Positions 12,094-24,490 of a stretch of DNA of 64,000 nt are shown piece by piece. Position numbers and translations under genes: made by a program. The notes beneath the pieces were generated by a model, which worked only from the letters and a program-made list of their open reading frames with translations, did not search any database and was not told where the DNA came from. The stretch is taken from NCBI GenBank assembly GCA_964252035.1, contig OZ176208.1; one strand, 5' to 3'. The DNA comes from Podarcis erhardii (lineage: Eukaryota). How positions within the stretch are numbered: the first letter of the stretch is position 1; each line of letters starts with the position of its first letter.

Positions 12094-15000
12094 CTGTGTT
12101 AAAATAATTTTAAACAAAGACAGATGTTTGGAAAACGTACATGCTTACTATGTGGCAAGGGACTAATCTGGCATTTGGTATTTTTATAATTTTCAGTCTA
12201 GGGTCTGATATATGGTATTAGGCATTTTTGTAATTATAAGTCTAGAAACACCTCTCACTAATTTTATCTCTGTTTCAATATAAGAACCTTAATGAGTAAA
12301 TGCTTCCCTGATGTAGTTCTCTGCAGCTAAATTTAGCAAGTCTGTGATCTTCTTGTGATGTTTCTTTTAAGCTTCAGAGTTAAACAAGGTCATGTCATTC
12401 CTCAGGGTGTTTTGAAGCATGCTGATTCTTGGATAATGTCTGAAGCATATTTTTGGAACATTGTTCTTCACTGCCTTTTCGCTGAACTTCACATGGTTCC
12501 TCACCCCCATCACCAACACCGACAAGTACCAATCTAGAAGTGTTTAGATTTCCCCAAAGTTGGTAGTATGGTTTTTTTGATAGATATTTTAAAAAATGTG
12601 TTTGCATCAAAATGTTTACACTGGAGAATTTAATTTTCTTAATCTATTTTTTAAGATAGATATTTATATTGAGACAGTCAAATAGTATTCCATATAAATC
12701 TGTAAGATTAAAAAAATTAATTTCTCTTGCTTCCAAATTGGCATACAGTACTTCCTTTTCAAAAGTCTCTAATGTTGAAAAAAAATCCAGAAGGAAGATT
12801 ACATAAAATTACATAAGTTGTTTCTCTGTTTGCAAATAAAACAGCTGTCAGGCAGACCCATATTGCTGAAATACACAGCAGACCTTCAAGAAAGCACACA
12901 ACAGAGCTTGCGTTCTTTGCACCACAGGGCGACAACAGGATGGTTACTGCCCCCTTACCAGCAACAGGAAAGGAATAAAAATAAATGTATTTCTCTTAAC
13001 ACAGAGACACACACTGCTGCTTTGAAATTAAATCATGAAAAAGGAAAATCACCTGGTTTGCTCAGCACATCAACAGGCAAATACATGTTTCTGATTAGCC
13101 AGCTGGGCAACCACACAAATCTGTGGTCAAAATGTAGGGTCAGAATGTAGGGTCCAAATACCCAGGGAAATGCTCCCCCCCCCCACCTGAGAGGGACCTG
13201 GTGATAGCACTTGTTATATGTGATATGCTATGTTGTGCAATTAGCTGATTGATAAAAATGGCTGCAGGAGCCTCTGCAAATGCAAATTGAAGGATGTCAG
13301 TGGGGGACAGGAGAAGTGTGTAACTTTGAATTTTTTTAATATTTCCCCTCCTAGAATTCCCCCCAGGACTCTACCCTTCTAGATAGGCCTCCCGTGCTTA
13401 GACACCAGCAAGTATATGTCGTTTACCTGCATCATCATGCGTCTTCTGACAGTGTCAAAGGGGTAGGACAGTATGCCAGAAAATACAGTCACAGCTTGAG
13501 CTATTGCAAAAGATACGACAAATGGTGTTTCTTTTGGATTTGGCAACATTCCCTAAGAAGAGAAAAGAGAAATAAGAATTCACTGGGGTATCTTGAGAAT
13601 CTAAATGGAAAAACAGATGCTGTCAAATCATTATATTGCTTCAGAATTTCCTAAGTGCATTGTATTTTGAATGGATTATTTTACATGGTCAGTGTAGTTG
13701 GAAACATATTCTTTTCTCCTTTTGTTTTACGCTTTACACATGGCAAACAAGCCAAATGATTTTTTGGGGGGAGGGGGCAAATAACATATATTAAGATTGC
13801 AACTTAAGCACATTTAACTTGTGCAATTGCAGCTTTACACGCTTTGCAGCTGGCCAGCTGATATCACACAAATTAAAGACACACAAGACAGAGAGCTTTT
13901 AGGCTCTCAGACTTGCTTACTGGGCTTTGGGAAAGTCTCATGCGGGCTCTGGGAGGCTCCTGCAAGATCTCTTGCAGTCCGAACGAGACTGTCCAGGAGC
14001 CTGGTTAGCATTCCTTAGAGCTTAAAAGCTGTTTCTGTAGCAGGAAATCACAAGAGATTTACTTCTAAATAAAAATGCACAGGATTCATCTGTGAGTCAC
14101 ATTAATTAACTAAATAGTATAAAATGTTTTATCCATACATATGAGCATCCCCATGTCCAATGAATACACTGAGATCTTGATCGTAAGGGCTGCCCAATTT
14201 AACAGTCAACTTGCTTTCTCCTTTTAAATCAACAGGGCAGCCATTGTGAGCAAAGGAGCATCATATTGCATCAGACCTTTGGGCTTCAGGAACCAATTAG
14301 CAAATTGGGACGAATAAATGTGTAGAAATAATTAGGTTTAAAACAAGTGTTATCATCAATCATTAGGTAACAACAGAGCTCCTCTGGATCATGTAGTAGA
14401 TTTATTAAATTTATAAAATAATAACAAACTAAAGGAATACAAACCAAATTGGGCATGTCTTTTTATTTTTAAGTCTTAGCTTTCTGTTTCTGCAAAAGGA
14501 TTAATAATATCTTAGCTGATAGGATAAATACTATAAAATGCATCCATAATAAAGGTGACAAATAATCCTTTTTTTTAATGGGAAAGGGTGAGTTTGATCA
14601 GAAAACTTACTTTTATGGTGTCATAACATCCAAAATAGGATGCCCGATATACAATGATCCCCTGTACTGAAACACCAAATCCTTGATATAGGCCGGTAAT
14701 GCCATCTTTTTTTGCAATTTTACCAATACAGTCAGCAAGGCCTTTGAACTGTCGCTCTTCCATACCTAAAATGAAAGAAGAAATAACAAAACTAGGGGAG
14801 CACTTTAGCTCTAAGAATTCCCCACAATGAACAGGGGAACTATTACTATTAATTCATTTTTTTATCCTGTCCTTCTTACCAAAGGAGCCCAGGGAGCCAT
14901 ATAAGGAGCCATACAACAGGTAAAATATCATGAAAAACATTTTTCAAAATAAATACAACAATTTTCAGCTGCTGAAAACCAACTACCCATCACATACTAA

Positions 15001-16075
15001 ACAGTTGGGTTGAAATCCCCCCCAGGTTACATCAAAATGATGGTAATGGAGGGAACAAATCCATATTTCTAGGAAGGGAGCTCCATAAACTGTGGCACCA
15101 CCACAAAGAAGGCAGGAACACAAACTGCTAGTCTCAGCGCACAACCCTTAAAATATGAAGATGAAGCTCTTACCTTTTCCAATGTCAGCACCTAACCGGG
15201 TCCGTGCAAAGTCTAATGGATATACCACACACAATGAAGTTGCTCCAGCTGCTCCACCAGAAGCCAGATTTGAAACAAACCACCTCCCGAACTGAAAAGG
15301 AAAAACTGCTGAGTTCAAAAACAGGGTTTGTAACAATCCTCAATTTTATTTTATTTTTACAAATATCTGAAACAATGGTGCGATGGCACAAGCCTGAAAT
15401 TACTGTATTTTTTACATTCCCAAGGTGATGCTTGAATATAAGCAAATCAACAGTGTTCTATGGAACTTAGATTTGACGGCAACATTTTAGTTGAGGGAAT
15501 TCCAGATGGAGTTTCCTCTTGCAAATTCCCATGAGTAAATCCACAACTTGCGTTGCAAAGGGCACACCAAACTCAAGACTTGGTGGTGAAACTTGGCTTG
15601 TGTGTAAAACAAATTTTAGACAACCTGAGGCTCTTTCACAAAATCCATCCCAACACAAATTGTGCCATAAAAATTGAGTAACAAAGGAACTTCAAAGGGA
15701 AGCAGAAAGATGAAACCAGTGAATTATAATTCATCAAGAGGTTCAGTGTAGTCTCAAACCTGTAGTTTGAAGCAGGAGAAAGTTGTTTTTTAATTATTAC
15801 ACTCATGATAATTGGTTTACCAACGCCAGGATGTCTGTGTTACCCTCAACTGTTGTATGAATGACCAAATTAAATTATGCAATTATCACTGTCACTGTAC
15901 TTACTGCATTTCATTTACCTGTGACCACATTGTTTACCTTCTCCCCTTCCCCATGTGTGTGTGTATCTATTTATACACACATTTATAATGAATTGTTTTT
16001 ATAATGTTGCACTATTTTATTGTTGTTAGCCGCCCTGAGCCTGGCTTCGGCTGGGGAGGGCGGGATATAAATAAA

Positions 16076-16124
<49 letters not shown>

Positions 16125-19100
16125 GGATTAACACTTCATGTATCTGATGAAGTAGACTGTGGTCTACAAAGGCTTCTGCCATAATAGAATATTTAGTATT
16201 TATGGTGCCACAAGTTATTTTTGAATAACTAGGTTAAGGTTGTGTTTTGAAGTAGAAGATTTTTTTGGTTTCTTTATATTTTGGGGGATGGTTGAGTGGT
16301 AGTCAACTGAGTTTTATCGAAGTAGACCTATTAAAATGAATGGGCCTAATTTAAACGGGTCTACCCTTAACTTAGTTAAATATGACCCAGAATCTTTGGG
16401 TACTGGCATTTACAACTTTACAGTTTCAATGGGAGTTATTACACACAACTAACTTAAGCTAGATGGGAACTTCAATATTCAAGACACACATTGTTGAAAC
16501 TATTTATTTGAAAATACAACAGTATGATAATATAAAAAATCAAAAAGACTTTTACCCTTTGGAGCATTTATATCACAAGGTATGTCAAGATGTATTTCAT
16601 GTTCTTTCAGAGCTTTAAAACTGAAATGGCTTATATATGAATTTATATACCGGTAATACTGACAGAAAATGAGCATGCAATGCAAGGTATTAAATCCAAA
16701 TGCAGGGTATTTGTAAATGGTCATTAAGCATGAAATAGTACCAGGTGCTTTAGACAGTAAGCTTCTGGCAATGCAGAAGGCACTGGCAGGAAAGAAAATG
16801 AACCAGCTTGTTAGAAAAAAATCCCTTTAAAAATCCCATGACAGTATCAAACAAAGATTACATAGCAATAAAAGATGTCCCCGAAATACATATATAGTAT
16901 ATTATATGGCATATAACAGCCTTTTTGTGTTGCTGAGGTGATTGTATGTTGTTCGATCCCCCTTCTCAAACTGTGGAATGCTAGGGATGATTCACAATGA
17001 CCGCTCTCCACATCAAATGGGCCCTTAACGTGCCCGTGTGAACCCCCCTCGATCCTACGTGACTCCCGGCAGAGCACTCCTGGATCGCCGCTCCAAGTCG
17101 CAAACCTTGAGGTTCCTTCCAAACCTCAGTTTAAAGTATCTATCGCAACTGGGGAGGCATAGCCAGGGAAGCGGATCAAGTAGGGTTGGGTCCCCTCTTT
17201 AAGCTGATTCACAAAATCCCCATCACTTGGGATCAATTCACACATTTATTTTGCTCCATAAGAAATACTCCCATGCACATGGGAACGATATGAATCAGAA
17301 ACAGACAGCGGTAATTTCCACAGCTGCAACAGTGCCTAAAAATTCTGTGTAAAGTACAATGTCACCTCACACTTTACTTTGATGTTGAAATCACGGCCTC
17401 ACACATTACTGCCCATGAGTGGGGTTTTTTTTTGGGGGGGGGGGACCACAGCTCAAACAAATATCTGAACTAGTCCTGTTGCTGAATGTGTGAACTGTCT
17501 CCACTGATTTTTCTTTTTTTTGAAAATATACTTATAGAGCTTGATTTGCAATGGCACTTTCACATGCACAAATTTTCATGTTATGCTGCAGTCACAGAGT
17601 GATGAACAACAGTGATGTGTAAACCTGCCCTTAAAGACTGCCTTTTCAGTATTCCTTTCAAAGGAGGCAGCTCTGCACTCTGATGGTGTCCTTTGAAAAT
17701 ACATACATCTACCTTTACAGATCAAAAAAGCATAGCTGGGGAACAGTCAGTACCATCAGTGCTATTAACAGAAAACCATTTCCAAACTGCTGATTTACGC
17801 CTCTGCATACCATGCGACTGGTCAAGTCGAACAGGTTTGGAGAGCTCCAGGAATCAGTGAGAGGATTGCTCGCTCCATTTACCAAGAGCAATTGCTTTTT
17901 TCATTTTGGCTTAAAGTACCAGCTGGACTTTTTTTTTTAAGGCCTAATTCAGATAAAGAATGTCTTTGTAAATAGCATGATACTGAGCTTCAAGTAGAAA
18001 CATCCTACACTAATAAGCTTATTCTTCAGAGTACAGACTTGCATTGCTCAAATAGCACCATTCACAAACAAGATGAAGGTATCAGCAGGCTTGAGTGACC
18101 TCCAAGGTTTGCAGAAGTACAAAAACAAAAACCACAGTAAAAACTCTAAGATGTAGCACTGGCCTACTTGTAGGGAGGAGAGCAGGAATGAAGTATCCTG
18201 GAAAAGAGTTGGCAGTAAGCCTGAACATTTTATTACAAGTCCCACTTGTCACATATGATTAATATTGTTCACGCAATTACTCATATTAATTAGCTTTTTT
18301 TCTTAAATACAAATCCTAATGCCTCTTTTATACACCACCTATTGAAATAGTACTGTATACTATTAATAATTCAAAAGGATATCCCAATTTCTTCATGTTT
18401 GGACCAAGCAAAATGGTTTTGGACACATCAGCAATAAGCAAAATGTTAGACCACATTTACCTGTTTATCTTTATCCACTCCAGCCATGAAAATCTGCTTG
18501 TATTTGTCCTTAAAAGCAAAGTTTAGGGCTTGAGTTGGGAAGTACCGGATAACATTGGCAAGATTGCCACGCCAGAAGCTGGCAAATCCTAGAGACAGAA
18601 GATTAAAAAATGTACAGTTGACATGATCTTAAATTGTTTCTGTTGCATAACTACATGTTTATGTGTACTGAACTTGGACCTATGTGAATATAAGTGAATC
18701 CATAAAGATTTCAATGTGCAGTGATCATCCAATTCTGTCACCTCAAATCTAGCTCCCCTATAATTATGTACAACTGTCTCAGTACTGATTTTTTTAAAAG
18801 CAGAGAGAGATGCAAACCCTGGAAAAAAAACGGAAGCTCATTTCATTGATAGCAGTAAGCTGGATGGTATTCATCCTTTAAAGAGCCAGAGTTAGTAAAT
18901 AAACAGTAGGAAATAGAAAGCACACTGTGATGGTAAGGTAAAGGTAAAGGTATAGGGACCCCTGACCATTAGGTCCAGTCATGGCCGACTCTGGGGTTGC
19001 GGTGCTCATCTTGCTTTATTGGCCAAGGGAGCAGGCGTAGAGCTTCTGGGTCATGTGGCCAGCATGACTAAGCCACTTCTGCTGAACCAGAGCAGCGCAC

Positions 19101-22100
19101 GGAAACGCTGTTTACCTTCCCGCCGGAGCGGTACCTATTTATCTACTTGCACTTTGGCGCGCTTTCGAACTGCTATGTTGGCAGGAGCTGGGACCCCATT
19201 GCGGGGATTCAAACTGCCGACCTTCTGATCGGCAAGTCCTAGGCTCTGTGGTTTAACCCACAGTACCACCCATGTCATGGTAAAGCATGCTAAATCTGTA
19301 TGTTTTATCGCCATCAAATATACAACCTAGTCTTAGTAAAATAGTACTGTACTGTACAGCTGTTTCTTAGGTTATGTTTTCACCACCAGAGGGGGTGCTA
19401 AACCCATTTTAATAAGGAGTGGTGGACTTGGTTTTGCAGTACATTGGAGGCATACATGCATAAATTTTAAATAACCAGAATTAGCCAAACAAAAATTATT
19501 TTAGACATTCTGACCACTGTGCTCTTCAGGCTCAGGTGATCTTGGTAAGACTCAGGTCATGCAGTGTATTAGTGCCTTACTAAGTGAAAACTAGATCAAC
19601 AAAAGGAATTATTTTGGAGGAAGAGTTTTGCTGAGAGCTGGGGAAAGTGAAGGCAAAACTAGGCTTTGAGGAAGATCTGAAGAGGCAAAAGAAAGGGACA
19701 TAGGCAGACTTGAATTAAACTACATATGTATTTCAAGAGGAAATACCACATAAAAAGAGCAGCATTTGAGAACAGGAAAAGTCGAACAAAGGGACAAAAG
19801 GAAATGTTGAGGACCCCAGAAGCCAAGGTCTCACTGCGGGAATGTAAAGAGAGCTGAAAAGGAGCATGAAGCCAAACAATACGAAAGCTTGTGGGCACCA
19901 GTTAACTGGAAGGGAGGAGGGAGGAAGAATTATTGGAAAAATCTGAGAATCTTGGTTAAGTCAAAGAGGGCAATTTTACAGGATGAGTTTAGGTCAGTGG
20001 AAAATGAGTTTAGCATGCAAGTAAGATCTGTTCAAGACAAAAAGTAGTCAAAGGATGGAAAAGTGTTGCATCTGCAGGCACCAAGGTAAATAATGGCAAT
20101 CAGTAACGGGCACTCTATATATTCTGATGGAAAACAAGGCTTCTGCAAACATTCAGTACGATGAAAGATCTTTACTGTTGTGACCACTGCAGTTCAGTAC
20201 AAGTTGTAGGGAGAGGGCTTACACTGCAGGACCAAGTATTTAAATTTAAAGTGATGAGGAAAGTATTGCTTCCAAGATCAGTGGCTGTCAAGACAGGAGT
20301 GCAAAAGATAGTTATGAAGAAAGTTAAAACTAATTTTTTTGCTAATAGGAGCAAGCAGGGTATGTTTCCTGTTTTATTCAGTAGCTTGGCAGACCATAAA
20401 TGAAGGGCATACTTTCAACATTTGATGAAGAATAGTAGATAATTATGTTCATTTTTGTGTTCATATTTTATTAAAGTTATGTAACTGAATGACATGGAAA
20501 ATAAAAGTCTGAGCAGTTGGTAATCCATATTTCATTCAACTTATAGAACAAATTTTAGCTTGCGCCCAACATTTAATATGACAACCTTCAATCTGTAGTG
20601 TTTAAACGAAGACAACGAAGGCATTCATTTTCAGAAGAACATCTTCTATCATGTAAAATAACTCTAAAACGGGAACCAAATGTTTCAAGTTAAATGCACA
20701 AAGGTATCACAGTTTGAGAGTCATCAAGCCATGGTAAGAACTTCCAATTGTTTTGAAATATCTTCAAGATACATATTCCTTTACTAGGTCCAAAAGCTCA
20801 CTTCACATTTAGGGATAACACATTTGTATTGTCCTATTTTACCTTACTACCCAAACACTAGCAGTCTAGTTCTACACAGGTCGGTCTGGTATGTCCTGCG
20901 GAGTTCAGTAAAACATTTCTTAATAAAAGTGGTTTGGAACTGCAGCTAAAATGCTCAGAATCTTTGTTTCATGATGTGGGCTCCAAATAAGCCAGGCTAA
21001 ATATTTTGCTGGTAAAACAGACACTGAAGGCATGCTAAACTACAGATTTAGTGCACATTAACACTATATGCACACAGCAAGGAAACAGATCCCATGCCTA
21101 TTGAATTAAAGGTATATGGAGGTACTTGGAACTAGTTGTTTAGTGAATTTGTAGTTTTAGATTTGCTACTTTCCTAATCAAATCAGCACTGTAGTGGGGA
21201 TCCATAAACACAAAGAACTGCTTACACTGACAATTATAATTTAAAAATATGAACATTTGTACAAAACACCCTTAGAATTCACCATAAATAGAGTAGCTGC
21301 ACAAACATACATGGCACAGGTCAGTGTACAATGTTATAATAATTATTTGGAGAAAGACCTATGAGATCTTCAGCTATTATTCCAGGAAGTCAAATTAAGT
21401 TTCTATCCTACGCAATGGCCTGGGAGTAAGTCCCACTGAACTCGGTGGGGCTTAGCTCCAAGCAGACGTATCTAGGATCAGGCTGCACGTGTGGTGCAGT
21501 GGGAGTCTTGTATTTCTGTTGGTTAGAGAAGTAGGGGTATATATTACAGAAGAAATCCTTGCTTGCTGGGTGAATATATTCCCTGTTAGCTAAAATGTGA
21601 GCATGTTGTATTAATTTTGCATGTGTAGATAGGTCAGTATGAATTAGGGAAACCTGGTGTGGTGGAAGCAGCCAGGAAGGGGATGGGAGTTGTACAATGG
21701 GCGGGGGGGAAAGGACGTAAAAAGGATATTATGCACTATGTACTCTGGAGTGTGCAACTGTTTGGTCAGAATGAAAACAATATAGGAATATGGAAGTGAG
21801 GCCTCATTGGAAGCACACAGCCATTAAGGAAAGATTGGAAAAATGTAAAAGCTGGAATACTGCCTTGGAGAAAACACACACACACACTCACTCACTCACT
21901 CTCTATTCAGAGTATTAGTAATAAGTATTTGTTTTGTGCTAGGTATTCAGAGAACTTAATAGCACATTTCCCCACTATCTTTTACAACCACCTCAAAAGG
22001 TAGGCCAGAATTATTAGCCTCTTATTGCAGCTGGTGAGGGGGCTTGGCACAACAGAATTGCCACTTATTTTGTTCACAGTTGAGGCACGATTTAAACAAG

Positions 22101-22387
22101 GGGCAAATGTTTGTGGCTCTCACACCCCACCAACCCTTCGAGGAGGGCCTGTTCTTTGGGGAAGACGTACCTTGCTCCCGAGGGATGCGCACAAAACAGT
22201 CCACCATGCCTTTGTACTGCTGGTCAGCCCGGATCTGCTTGGACGAGGCCTGGACCTGCAGCAGCAGTTTCACGCGCTCAATGGGCGCTACTGCTGTCTT
22301 GGAAACAGCTGCCGCCACCCCGCCTATCATGAGGTCTTTCCCGAAAGAGACAGGGTCGAAAAACTGCTGCCCCTCTGCGGCCAGCAT
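11893..22387 (-). CDS. SLC25A31: ADP/ATP translocase 4 (ANT4), complete 6-exon CDS, 945 nt / 314 aa
   Basis: join(22387-22171, 18588-18461, 15291-15174, 14765-14611, 13552-13427, 12093-11893). All introns are GT-AG and phases are consistent. The product carries the ANT signature RRRMMM and the carrier motifs [14 protein letters not shown] and PFDTVRRR. The 6-exon layout and position between INTU and HSPA4L fit ANT4 rather than ANT1-3. Confidence 0.95.
13427..13552 (-). CDS. SLC25A31: SLC25A31 exon 5 (126 nt)
   Basis: [42 protein letters not shown]. Acceptor cttcttag, donor GTAAAC. Confidence 0.95.
14611..14765 (-). CDS. SLC25A31: SLC25A31 exon 4 (155 nt)
   Basis: [51 protein letters not shown]. 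Acceptor ttttag, donor GTAAGT. Confidence 0.95.
15174..15291 (-). CDS. SLC25A31: SLC25A31 exon 3 (118 nt)
   Basis: [39 protein letters not shown]. Acceptor ttttcag, donor GTAAGA. Confidence 0.95.
15990..16119 (+). mobile_element. L2-type 3' tail with a (TTA)n microsatellite
   Basis: gttagccgccctgag...gggcgggatataaataaa followed by about 14 TTA units. Confidence 0.65.
16131..16212 (+). mobile_element. Older Penelope-like pLTR remnant with a degenerate hammerhead motif
   Basis: gtat-ctgatga-a-gtagac-tgtg-gtctac-aaag-gcttctgcc...tatggtgccac. The GAAA box is lost, and a short inverted remnant acttcat/atgaagt is present. Confidence 0.5.
18461..18588 (-). CDS. SLC25A31: SLC25A31 exon 2 (128 nt)
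   Basis: [42 protein letters not shown]. Acceptor ctctag, donor GTAAAT. Confidence 0.95.
18933..19276 (-). mobile_element. Sauria SINE
   Basis: tRNA-related head (gggtggtactgtgggttaaaccacagagcc...ggtcggcagtttgaatccc), conserved body, and the BovB-like ACCTTT-repeat tail. Confidence 0.9.
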
Positions 22388-22600
22388 GTTGTCGACTGGG
22401 TGGGCACAGGGGTTTGGGTGGAAATGGAAGCCCCAAGTGGCATCCCCCAGCACCAGGCAACACTTCTAACTGCCACTGCTCAGGAAGAGCCAATGGAGTC
22501 CCCCTCCCCCAACCGGATCAGAAGCATGCATTCTCAAGCCACATGACCCAGCAGTGCCCAATCACGAGAGCCTCTCTTCCTGGGCATCCCTTCTCCAAGA
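22170..22600 (-). promoter_or_regulatory. SLC25A31 proximal promoter / modest CpG-rich region
   Basis: Raised CpG content over exon 1, two CCAAT motifs (~22490 and ~22558) and an E-box-like CACATG (~22540). The TSS is not determinable from sequence. Confidence 0.4.
22171..22387 (-). CDS. SLC25A31: SLC25A31 exon 1 (217 nt coding)
   Basis: [46 protein letters not shown]...IPREQG. First in-frame ATG after an in-frame stop at 22466-22468. Donor GTACGT. Confidence 0.9.
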
Positions 22601-23547
22601 AGATTCTGGGCCTCCTGGAGATGGAGGTTAGCAAGGGCCTAGCATTATGAGCAAGGAATAGGAACCTCTGCTAACAAGGGCCTAGAAACCAGCAAAGCAA
22701 GCACCGGGAGAGGGACATTGCCCTAATCACAACGATGGGCTCCTCCGAACGCAGTTTCTCCAACCAAAGGTTAACAGGTGTTCAAGCTCTGTCTGCCGAG
22801 CAAAAAACAAAAGTTTGGATGGCAAGATAGCCCACGAGGGCTCGTGGAATTCATTTTAGGACTAAAAAAATTCAGACTGGCTTTCAAAGGCAGCAGCACC
22901 ATTACTCTAGGGCCTAACTCAATCAATCCCCACTTAATTCAGCATTTCTTGTTGCATTTCTTAGAAGAGGCTTTCAGCAGTGTTGTGGGTTCTGGAGTTA
23001 TGCAACAACAATTTAGCGTCCAAAATTTAGTGGTACAAAAGTTAAGAGGCCACAGTGTCCTTATTTTTATTATTTTGGAGAATTATGACCAAGCGACCCA
23101 CAAAGCTGTTAAGATTACCTAAGGCAAAGATGGGGAACCTCAGGCTAGAGTTCCCATCATCCCCAATTGTTGGTTATGAGTGGGGCTAATGGGAATGATA
23201 ATCCAGTATGTTTTAACACAGGTTCCCCATCCCTGGCCTAGGAGATATTTCTACAGTAAGAGAAGTGATGTTTCCAGTGAAGTTATGCAATAATTAATAA
23301 ACATTAAGAATGAATGCAGTAACTGGGAATCTTGTGAGAATGGTGCAAGATTCTTCTGCCAGCCCCGTAAGATCAGCCCACAGTTAAGTAGATGCCCTTA
23401 ACCTTTTGCAGAGGCTTTTGTGCATATAGGGAGCTTATGGGGAAGTGGAAATGCTGGTTGTGTGACTTGCCTGCTGCTTGTGAAATGTTGTATACAGTCC
23501 CATGAGAGAATATAAAAATACATGGGGGCACGTTCTGCAAATATGTC

Positions 23548-23678
23548 TTTATTGTAAAAAAATAAAATAAAAAAGTTTATACAAAGTTTTTGAAAACAAA
23601 ATGGTTATTTCCTTCTGATGTTTGCCGCAGAGCATCTGCAATAAGGGCAATGTTACTTTATAACAAGTAATGTTTATT
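23548..23678 (-). terminator. Candidate INTU poly(A) signals (AATAAA at 23678-23673 and 23553-23548)
   Basis: Canonical hexamers in the AT-rich tract 0.7-0.8 kb after the stop codon, upstream of the SLC25A31 promoter. Confidence 0.5.
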
Positions 23679-24378
23679 CACTCACATAATTATACATAAC
23701 ATCATTTACTGTATAAAATATTATAGCCCTTTAATGTAAGGTAGTCTTTTTCCTTTCAACCCTCCCCACTGTCCCCTGTATAAGATAAAAATCAGAAAAT
23801 GTTCAGGGGTTTTTTTTCAACCCCACTGATCTTTAATACATTCCATAGCATGTTTAGAATTCTGTACCCTAAGTAATATATTAAACATTACACTCCCTTA
23901 GTTGAAGTCCAGAAGTGTGTGTGTGAAACTGAGTTCTTTACAGATGTTCACATTTTCACAAAGTGCCCCACAGATCGCTGCCTCTGCCCAACTGCATTTT
24001 TAACTTGAGCAAAGTGTAACATGTTTTGAGCTTTTAAACCTTGCAAGAAAGAAACTCAGCTCTGAGAATACAGATCTACATATGGTTCACATATACAGAC
24101 CCTTCTTGATCACAGTGCTTACGTGCAAAATTTGTTGCAAGGCAGTAAAGAGAAAATCACCATTTGCTTAGTTTTTTTTAAAACAAGTAATCTGAAAAGT
24201 CAGTCAACTCAGAATACTGTTGATGACATCTATGCATTATTATAAACATTTGAAAAGTTATTCATCGATATTATTCTAGAGGAACACTTCAAAGAGCATC
24301 CAGGACAAAACCATAATTTAATTCTTATTTGTGTGCCTTAAGTGTGTTGGAAGGTTTATGGTGTATAGCTAAACAGAT

Positions 24379-24490
24379 TTACAGAGCTAAGCCAAAAGAT
24401 AGCTTAAAAGCCAGTTCAACAGCAACCTCTGTAACTGAGTCATGAAAACAGACATAAAACTCCCGAGGCTTGGGATCTATGAAGAGTCTC
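24379..24490 (-). CDS. INTU: INTU exon 16 (112 nt to stop)
   Basis: [36 protein letters not shown] followed by TAA. Confidence 0.95.

Noticed and set aside
12330-12540. Exon-like open segment ([19 protein letters not shown]...) in SLC25A31 intron 5
   Set aside because: Its phase is incompatible with the phase-0 intron, I recognise no homology, and the six canonical exons already give a complete ANT.
22022-22650. Plus-strand ORFs of 73-173 aa and an apparent N-terminal extension of ANT4 from 22453
   Set aside because: These are antisense shadows of exon 1. The 22453 start is GTG, and the first in-frame ATG is 22387.
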